DNA of 63,334 nucleotides, filler included, from Platydemus manokwari (Eukaryota): assembly GCA_037951405.1 (NCBI GenBank). It is 6 parts of 6 records of this genome, joined end to end, with 100 filler letters (N's around TTAATTAATTAA, not from the genome) between each part and the next. Parts side by side here need not be neighbours in the genome. Positions count along the whole stretch, not along the records: positions 39,885 to 53,182 come from JBBMOY011768063.1; 5 more parts are not named here. One strand, given 5' to 3'. Shown here one piece after another: positions 40,701 through 51,663 of the stretch. Position numbers and translations under genes: made by a program. Position 1 is the stretch's first letter; every line of letters begins with the position of its first letter. The notes under the pieces are model-generated. The model was not told the DNA's origin and made no database searches. It saw only the letters and a program-made list of their open reading frames with translations.

Positions 40701-42099
40701 AACGAACTTTCTACATATTTAGCAATTGTTGTTGCTGACATAATCTTACCAAGTGATTTTCACCAAAGTTGCGGCACTTTTATGAAATCGTACTACGGGC
40801 CATGTTTTGTTACAGTTACAGCATGCTTTTTTTCTTCAAAACTTTATTATTTTTGTGATTGCCATCAATCTAAATTCGCAATTTCCTTTTTAAAAATCTC
40901 ATTTTCTACTTTTAAAGTTTTAATCAAATTCTCTTCACAACGCATAACTCGTAAATTATTTCTCCTCGTTCCGAAGGCTTTCTGTTGCCTCTCAACGATT
41001 TGTGAAATTTACCCATCCATCAATTAAATAGGTGACTAACATCGTAATAGCAGTAATAAATGATTGGATATTATTCTACAGGAGCATTGCTGAGTGCGAT
41101 AATCGGAAATAATAATAAAGTGATAAAATCATTATACATTAGAACCCAATACATGTTGAAAATATTATTGTATATTAATAGAAATTTTTATATTAAAGTC
41201 GAAATTTGTTAATCATCTTATCCATAACTGATCTATGTTTCGATTTTTAACTTAATTTATTATTTACCTGTAAGTTTAATAATATTTTACCATAACTGAG
41301 ATTTATATACGTAAACATAACGGTCCACACGACCCGGTGGAACAAGTCCTCACGTCGTCTTTTAAATTGAATTCCTAAGATCGATGTTTCGATATTCTGT
41401 TTCGCGATTTCTTCATTTAAATTCTTCTTATTCGCTTTGCAATATTGCAGATTAGCTATGTTATACACTTGTTGTTTTTACTCGATCTCAACAAACATTC
41501 TTTGGTTTGTAAGTTAATCTCAAAGGCAATTTCCACAATTCTCTTTTATAAAAAATTTATCGTTTATGAAATCTGTATAATTGTAATCCAGAAATTTACT
41601 TCTTCAAATATTTTTTATAACGCCTGAATTTCACATTTGACTAATAACGAAAATTCGTTGTTAATTATCTGAATTGAATAAATATAGAATTGAAGAGACT
41701 GTAAAAATCAACAATTGGTTTGAAATCTATTGAAATTCACGCGTTGGATTAAATCTAACTGTATTTACAGGAAAATTTCCAGTATTGACTTCTTAGTCTA
41801 GATTTTATATTTTGAGAATTTACATTTCAGAAAACCAAAATTTTTAAATCAAAATGTTACATTTACAACTGAAAATTGCTAAAGACGAAAAAATGTATAA
41901 ATACATTTTTTTCCGCAAAAAATCCAAGAATACTCGTGTTGAAAATTGTTAACAAAATTTTATCATAACTTCACATTGAAAATGAAATTATGGATTTTTT
42001 ATAGATTGGTTTGATTTCCTTTATTATACAATCAACTCTATATCAACCTTTATTTATAATTATATTTACTGAAAAGCTTAATAAAAACCTTGTTTACAG

Positions 42100-42938
42100 G
42101 ATAATTGTAATGTAAGAATGAATAAGCAATTTTGGAGCTCTGGGACGTATGCACTAGGACAACAGGACAAATTTTCAATAGATATTGATGTCTAAATTAT
42201 GCGTCAGTATGGAAATAAAGAGAACATTTTCTTCTCCATATTATCCTCAGTCAAATGGAATAATTGAGAGAACTTTTAAGATAGCAAAAAGGACGACTAC
42301 AGTATCATTGAAGAATCATTCATGCTTGGATAATGTAATAACAAACGTTGAGTGTAGATTATGGATGTCATCTCACAAATCAATGAAGTATTCGCCATTC
42401 GAAGTTCTCGGTAGAAAACCACGAGGCAAGTCCATATAAATAGAAAACTATGGAAGAGTTTATGAATCATCATAGGAAAATTTTTGAAGAAGTAAAAAAT
42501 TATAATAAGAATCAGATTGTGAAGCAAGAAGACTGCTATAACCGAGGGAAATATTCCCATGAATTATCAGTTGGTGATATAGTAATAGTTGAAAATCCGT
42601 TTTACAAACACCTTGGTAAAATATTTGTAGGCCCATTCAGGATTTTAGAGAAAATAAATGCATCGAATTATAAGCTCCATTGTCAGAAGAGAAATAAAGT
42701 TATTCAAAGTAACTATGATCAAATAAAGAAAATCGAAATAGAGATAATATCGCAAAAGATGAAGAAAAAAGGGACATTGATACGAGTTTCGAAGTATTGA
42801 CAAACAACGAAGCATTATCAACAGAAATGATGAATCAAAAAGGAGTTATTACCAAAATGAAGAGGTCTACCAGAAATATGAAGCCAGTAAAATACCTTAA
42901 TTCCCTAGACCCAGGGTTTTCCGAATATGAGGGATGTG

Positions 42939-42940
<2 letters not shown>
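42100..42940 (+). mobile_element. Degraded Ty3/gypsy retrotransposon 3' end: integrase core and C-terminus, PPT and LTR start
   Basis: FSSPYYPQSNGIIERTFK, YSPFEVLGR and LSVGDIV...FVGPFRILEKI...NYKL (GPF/Y motif). GAGGGA is directly followed by TGTGA at 42935. Confidence 0.85.

Positions 42941-42973
<33 letters not shown>
42938..42973 (+). repeat. (AT)n(GT)n compound microsatellite
   Basis: Directly visible; it lies at the junction of the gypsy LTR start and the Merlin fragment. Confidence 0.9.
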
Positions 42974-42999
42974 GGTGTTTATTTTAAACATCTACTTTG

Positions 43000-43478
43000 T
43001 GGGTTTTGAGTATAGTTGATATCCGCATAAGACCCGCTATGGGTTATAAGCAAATTGTGGACAAAATAGATGCGGACACACTTTTACCCATTATTCAAAC
43101 AGTTGTCCGATTCACACGGGCGAATGGAGATCACACAAGAATTTGCAAGGTCTAGGATTTACTCATAGAACAGTTAATCAATATATGAACTTCGATAATC
43201 CAATAAACGGAGTTAATACACAACATGTTGAGTCTTACTGGAACAGGCACAAGGCTCAAATAAAAAATATTCGTGGATGTCGTAGAAAATTTTTACACTC
43301 ATACATATCAGAATTTATGTGGAGAGACCGATTTGGTGTAAATGGATTTGCAAATTTATGCCAATACATTGCTTTGCAATGACCTCGATAAATAAATTTA
43401 GTTAATATTTGACTTATTTTGATTTAGTATTTGGTTTATTTTTTATTAATTTTTGGGTGGAGATTATTCAATTGATCC
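43000..43478 (+). mobile_element. Merlin (IS1595/ISXO2-like) DNA transposon 3' part with transposase C-terminus and probable right TIR
   Basis: IVDKIDADTLLPIIQTVVR / IHTGEWRSHKNLQGLGFTHRTVNQ..NFDNPINGVNTQHVESYWNRHK.....G.....L.SY..EFMWR. Candidate TIR at 43455-43478 reads GGATCAATTGAATAATCTCCACCC on the minus strand. Confidence 0.88.
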
Positions 43479-45159
43479 AAAAATTAGATAAAAAAGAGAT
43501 ATGAAATTTTTAATGATATTAAGCTATCGATGAACTATAAGGTCGAATTTATAAGTGTTAAGTAAAAAATCGCCATCCAAATAATTATTCAAACAATATG
43601 TACTTTGTCAAACCCAACTACTTATACTTCATTTTTCTAACAAGATATTCATTGGAGGAAAATCTAAAATTTTGCATTACATGGATCTGTTTAATTAAAA
43701 TAAAGATAACAACAACAATATTAATGATAATAATTATAATTATCTGTTACTAACAACGAAAAACAGCTCTGCTCTGTTAAAATTAACCCTCTACAAAAGC
43801 CAATAAAAATTTGGCAGGACTCAATTTATCAAAATTGATTATGCTGATTGATAATCAAATAAAACTTATTTTATTTATAAAATCGAAATATATCTTCAAT
43901 AATCAACATATTTGGGTTGATATGAATTTAATTATTTAATCCCAAGCCATTTTCCAAGAAGCATTGTATAAATGATATTCATTTTAAATTCAAATACCAT
44001 TCCAAGAAACGAATGAATATTCAGATTTGATTTAAATAATCATCTGCCGATTAGATTAAGTGGAACTCAGAAAAGGGTTGTTATTCTCATACTGTCATTA
44101 GTGATTTACTAATAGATCAATTATAGAAATAATTCTAATTGACTAAGAATGATTTATGTCTGCGATAAATATAAATCGTAGAATATTTATTTTTTATGTA
44201 ATTCATAAACCAAATATGAACATTGTATTGACGTTTTTCGTAACAAAGCATTTCACGTTAGATAAAATGTATATGTATGAGTTATATTGATGAAAAGGGT
44301 ATTTTTAAACACGGACGATTACATCTACAAAATGGTCATTATGTATTCAATAATACAGGCATGCCAGTTTAAATAGGATTTGATTGGAATTCCACAATTC
44401 ACACGTACTATGTCAAATACGATTTGTATCAAATAGATTTGATTTTGCATATTATTATTAAACGTTGATTTAATGTTGAATAAAAATATTTGATTTTTCA
44501 TTTCATAGTTAATATATTAGTTTAAATTTCACTTAATCAATTCCGGGTGGCCTGGTAGTTACCAATTTCCTTGTATAGATGATTGGCACATAATTCAAAA
44601 AATAAAATTCAGAATCACTAGGTTACAATCATTTATTTATTTATTTTTTCCATGAAGTCCATAATTGATCTCTGCTTTTTCGGAAGTTTGGTCATAAATG
44701 CTTCAAACGTCTCTTTATATTTACTCACTTCAACCGGTAAATCTGGTTTATCAATATTGTCCAAACAAATAATAATAAAAATTAGAATTCCTATAAAACT
44801 TTCAAAACAATCACAGGTTTAAAAATAAAGAAAACTCAGATTATATAATTTTTAAAAAAGTATCCATTGAGACACACTAATTATCAAACTGAATAATGAA
44901 TAAACTAAACTGAATAACTTTATTATCAAATTTCTATGCTGACGTCGAATGTAAAATTTTGTCCAAAAGAATTGATGATAGTAATTTATATTCCACTCAA
45001 CTGTACTAGTCAGTGCATACATAAATAACTCCAAAATTTATCAAAATACTTCATAAATCAATATAAACAACGACATAATACTCGGCTCCCAACTGGTAGT
45101 TGGCCATCTTTATACAAGTATTTATATCTGAGATTTGTATGTAATTTGTGTATCAAGTT

Positions 45160-48100
45160 TTGATTTGGTCTTTTGTTTCACAAATTTCAATTGACAACAA
45201 ATATTTATTCATAAACATTGATAATCGAGATACTCATACATTAAAATATGGGATGTGCATGGCTCTTTCCTTCGATAGTTCCATGAATCGCAGTTCGATA
45301 ATTCAATTATACCACCAATTCAACATTTTAATAAATTCTGTCTCCGCCTTCCAGTCGATGTTGTCTGGGATATCCTCTTCCCATATTTTTAAAGTTGCCT
45401 GTATTGCTGTCTTCTTTCCCGCGTGGAACCTTCATTGCAGATAGCTCACTTTTATATTCGACTTTATGTAAGCAAGAGCTATTCTATTTATCATTTTCTT
45501 ATCCATCTCTAGTTTCTTTATGATTGTTTCAATGGTCCCTGTTTGCCAAGTTCCTAGAACCCTTACAACAAAAGTAAACAGGCTGTTTTTTTCGCATTAC
45601 GGAGGTCTGTGTATTTTTCTATATTCTTTTGAACTGTTTCGGCCATTAGAGCAAGTTAGTCCATGGGTCATTTTACATTGATTAGGACGATCGTTGATTT
45701 TCGATCATTTATTAGTTTAAGATTCAGTGAATTGACATCCTTTCTCTGCCAAGACTGTAATCCGTATTGTTAACAATTTAATTGGCCAATATATTCATGA
45801 TTATGTTATGCTGATAGAGTACAAAAGAGTGAGATCGTTTGCAGAAGATGAAAAATTGTGTTTGTGATTGAAGTTGATATAAGGATTTTCTGCATGCCGT
45901 TCCTCTCATTTGAATTTTATTCAGAGTAGGACGGTTGCCTGAACGTGCGTTATACATTTGAATTCAGCAATAGTGAGGTGCTCACTAAAAACTAATTTTG
46001 ACCACATTGGAATGATAGGCCCTGAGTAGCTGTTATGTCGTCAATTTCTGATTTGATTAGTCCAATTTAATTGGTTCGATCGCATAAAACATTGTATCAG
46101 TACCTTTGGTGAATCATTGATTATAAGGCTTTGTTGATAAAAATAAAAGAAACTTCTTTGAAACATAAACATTATTTAATACTCTCTCTTATTTTACCCC
46201 ACTATGTTTCGCTCCTTTAATTTGGTAGAATATACTTATTGACCCATTTCATGTTTCCTCGATTGTCGCATCTTGTAAATTCACTTCAGCAATTTTACAC
46301 AAGAGGTGTATGACCGCCATACTAATCATTTCATATTTGCTCTTAATGCATGATAGAAGTGGGCGACCGATTGTATTGTATACTCGTCCGTCATGTTCTG
46401 TTGCCCATAACCACCCCTTAACTTCGTTCTGTAGAGGTAATTCAATGAACAAAATTTTGACATGACAAGGACTTTTTCAGATATTTTCTTATCATCACAT
46501 CGAACTGTAGTAGTCTACTATAAGTGATATAGTAATTTGTCATGTAGAAAATCACTTTGGTGTGTACATACAAATCAAAGGTCCTTAGTTTCTGCCATTG
46601 TAGTAAAATGCATTTTTCTAATTTATTCATCAAAGTTTTCATGTCGGTGAATAGTCCATCTATTGTGTTATGTAACTTCAAAGAGAAGTTCACTCCTAGG
46701 TAGCAATACTGCTCTTCTAAGCTGATTGTAGGAATTTTCTCATTATAGATCAGGAGTTCCTTCGAGTTAGTACTTGCTCTTAGATTATGTACATAGTCAT
46801 ATTTTGAGAGTTTCAACTTGAAACCAAGTTGGAATCCTAAAGCTGATGCTTCTTTGATCATCACTTGGAGTCCATTTTTGTTTTTCCAATAATCTCTGTC
46901 ATCTGCATAGGCAAGGCATGAAATTCGATGATTTGAAATTATAAGGCCTCCAACAAAGTAGTTGTCCATTTGTATCAAGATTTGATTAATTGCTATGTTG
47001 AATAAAAGAATGGAGATTAGGGAGTCCTATCAGAATCTCTCTCAATTTTGATTGCTTTCGGTTCATAATCTTCGTATTTCAGAGAAGTTTGACAGTTTGT
47101 GTAGAGACATCATATGATTCTGATGGCCGTTTCAGTCTGACCCATATGTTCAATGATTGTGAACATCGCTTCAAGATCTATTGAAATGAAGGTTTCTTCG
47201 ATGTCTAAGAATCCGATCTGAGTGTTATCGATATTTTTCTTCCTGTGTTCTTCTATAATGACTCAAAGTTAAAAAATTGTGTTCGGCACACCCATCATTT
47301 AGATCTAGGCTCTTCCGGAGTGGATCTACTAAGTTGTTTTTATCAATCAAATTCTTCACTTATTTGCACAGAATAGTTGTGAAAATTTTAAAGCTGCAGC
47401 CGAGCAGAGTGATAGGGCGCCACAAGCTAACTTCATGATAGTGACCCTTTTTTGAGTTTCGGTATCATCAATGCTGTATATTTTTTCCATTCATCTTGGT
47501 TATCTAGGCATTTTTTAAAAATATTGTGAGTGATTTTTGTTTCGGTTCTGCATATAGAAAATATTTATAATTGATCTTGTTGCGTAAATTATTTCTGGTT
47601 CTATTGTACTGAAGTCAGAATTTTTGCCCCTTTTAGTAACTTTCTTTAATGAACAATAGTTTTTACATGCTCTCGTAAACGATACTTCGTATTTAGGAAG
47701 GTCTGTTTTTTGCTTCTGTTTTATCTCGAAATGTTTTTCAAAGTCTTTTTTATTAGGTAGACAGTCAGCTTTTGTTTATTGATGGGCTAGTTCAAAGGGA
47801 GTCTCCTTAGTTTTAGATCAGTATCACTTCTTTTTTCATCATTGACTCTTCCCAAGTGTGGGTTACTTGGTGATTTAATTGTGCAGACACAGTGAAGAAA
47901 TTCACAGTATTTACTAAAGATTTCACCTAGCTTCATTTATAAAGTTGTTAATCAGTCCTTCTTCTAATAATTTCATAATTTCAAATGTATCTTTTAGGCA
48001 GTTATGAGAAATGCATATTAGTAGTCCCCTCTCGTGACCTTCCATTCGTGTTCGAGGATCACCTTATTTGCTTTTTTTCTTTATTGTCTTGATGTTTATT

Positions 48101-48800
48101 CTTATCAGTTGAGAGTTATGGTTGATGTTCAGCATATATCCAAATACCATTGTCATTGTAGCAGTCGGCTCTTTGTAGGATCGATTTCTTTCTTTGTTCC
48201 ATATCATTATGGAAATATTTCTATTTATATTATTGGGAAAATTTGTTTTTCATCGTCCTTATAATCACCTACAAGGTCCAACAATTGAATTGATTTTTCT
48301 GTTGTAAATATTATCACTAAAATCCAGCATTTAGATTTTATCAGAAGTGGACAAAAGATAATTTCCTTGTTTTTTAAGTACTGGAATAATAGGAATTCCA
48401 GAATATTTTCCACCTCATCGAGTCCGAGAGGTCTACCAATAAAAGGATCAAGTACTAGAAATTTTGAACAATGAAATTCTTTTTACACAGGGCGATCATG
48501 TGTCTTTCCGTGAAGAAGATATTAAAAGAGGATATTAATCTTGATTTTTTGCGATTGCCGGTCCCATCCCTGTGAATTGGTTAATAGAATCTTTAGAAAT
48601 GTTTATTTCACATGATGATTCTAACGTCTATACCTATGCACGATTAGTTATTGGCGATACAATCAATGTAGCCGCATATTAATGAGCTTCAGTCAAAGTT
48701 ATTCGTTCGTAATTGTCATTGTTTCTTATCGTAGAAGTTTCTTTTGATCTTTGAGTTTTTCAAAAGTATATTTATTGAATTTATTGATTTTGTGAGATTG
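45160..48800 (-). mobile_element. Degraded NeSL-clade non-LTR retrotransposon: Ulp1-like protease, RT and restriction-like endonuclease
   Basis: RT motifs RPITLLGCSFKIFTTIL, DGCAEHNF, IGFLDIEETFISID, DSLISILLFNIAI and SCLAYADD. REL-end motifs IVLINVK*PMD and FVVRVLGTW. N-terminal IIFCPLLIKSKCWILVII....IQLLD and QRADCYNDNGIWIYAEH resemble peptidase C48. AATAAA near 45170. Confidence 0.8.
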
Positions 48801-49719
48801 ATGTATCTGTATACCTATATATGCATGTGTGCAATTGGTAAAAGCAAGGATTTCATGGTACCAAAGGTCATTATTTTTGTTAATTCGTGTGAATGCCGTG
48901 AGACTTTTATTTAATCATCAATCCATTTTTATGTCATCTACTGTTTGATAGTGTATAGTTAAAAATTCACAATCTCCAGCTAGCACGAAAAGAATGATGA
49001 TATTACTTTAAATTTAATTATTGATGAGAATTTATTAAATATTGTTACATCTTGGTAATATTAAAAAGATGATATTAATAGATATTACTATATATTAGTA
49101 GTAATCTGTAAATAGTAAATATATTTTCAATCGAAATGATATTAGGAAAAGTAATTTAAATTGGGTCCGAACATTATTGGTTATACACATATACTAGGAC
49201 AGAATACATAATATGTGTTTTCAATAGTTAAACAGGGAATTCCATTTTAAATTACCCAATGTTAAAAAACAAACGCTAATGTATAGATAAATTTTTAGGT
49301 TAAATATCAAAAGATCAATAATAAAATTTATAAATCTTATATTTTTGTACACTTTACAATATAATGACGCAAAATCTAGATTTCAAATTTACTTCCTAAT
49401 GATTATTATTAGCATGCTATAAGTGAGGAGAGCTGTTTTCAAAATTAAAGTCAAAATTGTTAGATCAAAAGTAGTTTAAAAATTAATGATGTATTTATAA
49501 TGTATTTATAAACCACTCAGAATATTTAGGTTCTGTTAGTAAAATCGCTAATTTCAACAATATTTTACTTAGAAAAATACAGTATTTATTAGAAGTTATT
49601 GAAACACATTTTAACAGGTAAAAAATTCTAAAAATTAAAGTGTTTACAAGTTGTTCGAGCATATTTCATATTATTAAGAAAATTTATCCACCTTGATACT
49701 ACATTTCAAAATACTACAT

Positions 49720-51663
49720 TTACAATAAGTTTTGTTTACGACTAAATCTGAATTTATTAACATAGATTTCTGAAGGTTTTACAATTGATTCGGTTTTATC
49801 TGAATTAGTGTTAGTTCTTGATGAAATTGTTTCCTCATCTTGGTGAGTTGATTCTGACGTTAAGCCTAATGAGTACGCATTATCACGATTACATAAAGAT
49901 TGCATAACTCTAGATCTATTCATCATCTGCGTTGTTTCTCTGCGTTTAAGATCCATGGCAAATTCTCGTGGATTTCTTATTTGAATACTTTTACTTGCAA
50001 TGAAATAATTTTTAGGTGATTTTGTTTCATCAAAGGTACTGGTAGAAAGGCTTGTTGCAGGCTTCATGGAAGTTGGGGTATATAAGTGGTATTCAAAGAC
50101 ATCGAATTTACTAAATCTATTAAATTCATGGAGCTCTTCTATTCTTAATATATGTTGATCCTTTTCTTTCCCACCTAATATGGGTTTAATATACTTTGTA
50201 TCAAGCTCTTCTAAAGCTACAATCCAAGGCCTTTCTCGCAAATTCTTAGTAATATATGATACTCCTTCATTAGCAAATTCTATGGCTTTAAATGTTAGAT
50301 TAACAAATATCTTTTTTGATTCTTGATCTGTCTTGCTTAACTTGATTTCAAGGAATTTAAGCAAAGGTTTCAATGTAGATCCCATTACACATACCGTGAA
50401 AAGAATAATGAATAATGTCGTAGTAAATAACATATCTCGATTTTGTTCTTTTTCCAATTGTGTTCTGCCATCTAACATGTCAGCTTGAATAAGTACACAC
50501 AATGAAAATGACACTGCTCCCCTTAACCCACCATAAAATAGAACAAATTGTTCAGTTAATGTTATATATCTATAGTTTATATTGAAAACATTTATAAATA
50601 ATGATAAAAATGCAGTTACCACAAATCTGGAAATTATACACAACGATAAAGCCCAACAAGTAAATCCTGTATGCCATTTTAATGATCTTTGAGTTAAAGC
50701 ATTACCCAAATAAAAAAATATCATTGCTTCAGTGATCGAAGCCATTGATTCAGTGACATGACGTAACATAATAACCGATTCAGTTTCCATGTTACTAAAT
50801 GCGTATCTAGCTTGCAATATTCCACAACCAATCATGCTTATGATTCCGGACCATGATAATCCTAAAGCTATAAGATATGAACTATAGCTAAAGATTATCA
50901 AGATAAGGTATTGATATCGACTTTTGAAGCGAACCAGAACACAGGAAATTATTCCACATATTAATCCAATTAATAGACCACCAATACTGACAGTAATAAA
51001 TGATAAGACTCCTAAAACAAGTTCTGTATAGTTAATGCTATTAATTTTTAAAAAAGTTTTGATAATATCGTATAAAACAACAGTTATGGCATCATTAAAT
51101 AACGATTCACCAAACACAATAAAGTAAAGCTCCATATCAACACCAATGTCTTGAAAAATAGCTATAACAGCAACAGGATCAACAGCAACGATCAATGCTG
51201 CAAACAATAGGATTGGTTTCAGTGTCAATCGAATCGGTGGATTGCCGTAATAATTAACTTGTTTCAATACGTACAATGAAAAACCAATGATCAAAAAACA
51301 AAATAACGTACCAAATACTGCAAATATTAAAATGATCCATATTAAATGAGCAAATGTTTTCGTGTAAAGACAATATGATGACTCCAAAATAATCGGTGGA
51401 AGTAACATGAGAAAAAACACATTCGGAGTTAAATTAAATTGCTTTATTATTTCGTTGAAAAATAATTTACCGAATACTCCAAAGAAAAATCCAATAAAAA
51501 TTAAAATGCATGATTCTGGTACTTGATTTGAAATTATTGGTAAGTTAATGTAGCATACTTTCAATAGAGCGACACACAGCATAAATGATGTTATCAAAAA
51601 AATAGGTAAATATTCTCCCATTTGCCATGAAACTAAATGAACATGTTCACTAAAATTTTGCAT
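49720..51663 (-). CDS. SLC9A: Na+/H+ exchanger (CPA1, NHE/SLC9A family), intronless; likely start MQNFSEH at 51663 (ORF open from 51798)
   Basis: Conserved NHE motifs VPESCILI..G, FFLMLLPPIILES.Y, AVDPVAVIAIF, FGESLFNDA..VVLY, YGGLRGAVSFSL and TTLFII.FTV.VMG, followed by a hydrophilic C-terminal tail. Confidence 0.95.
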   Translation of the reverse strand: MQNFSEHVHLVSWQMGEYLPIFLITSFMLCVALLKVCYINLPIISNQVPESCILIFIGFFFGVFGKLFFNEIIKQFNLTPNVFFLMLLPPIILESSYCLYTKTFAHLIWIILIFAVFGTLFCFLIIGFSLYVLKQVNYYGNPPIRLTLKPILLFAALIVAVDPVAVIAIFQDIGVDMELYFIVFGESLFNDAITVVLYDIIKTFLKINSINYTELVLGVLSFITVSIGGLLIGLICGIISCVLVRFKSRYQYLILIIFSYSSYLIALGLSWSGIISMIGCGILQARYAFSNMETESVIMLRHVTESMASITEAMIFFYLGNALTQRSLKWHTGFTCWALSLCIISRFVVTAFLSLFINVFNINYRYITLTEQFVLFYGGLRGAVSFSLCVLIQADMLDGRTQLEKEQNRDMLFTTTLFIILFTVCVMGSTLKPLLKFLEIKLSKTDQESKKIFVNLTFKAIEFANEGVSYITKNLRERPWIVALEELDTKYIKPILGGKEKDQHILRIEELHEFNRFSKFDVFEYHLYTPTSMKPATSLSTSTFDETKSPKNYFIASKSIQIRNPREFAMDLKRRETTQMMNRSRVMQSLCNRDNAYSLGLTSESTHQDEETISSRTNTNSDKTESIVKPSEIYVNKFRFSRKQNLL

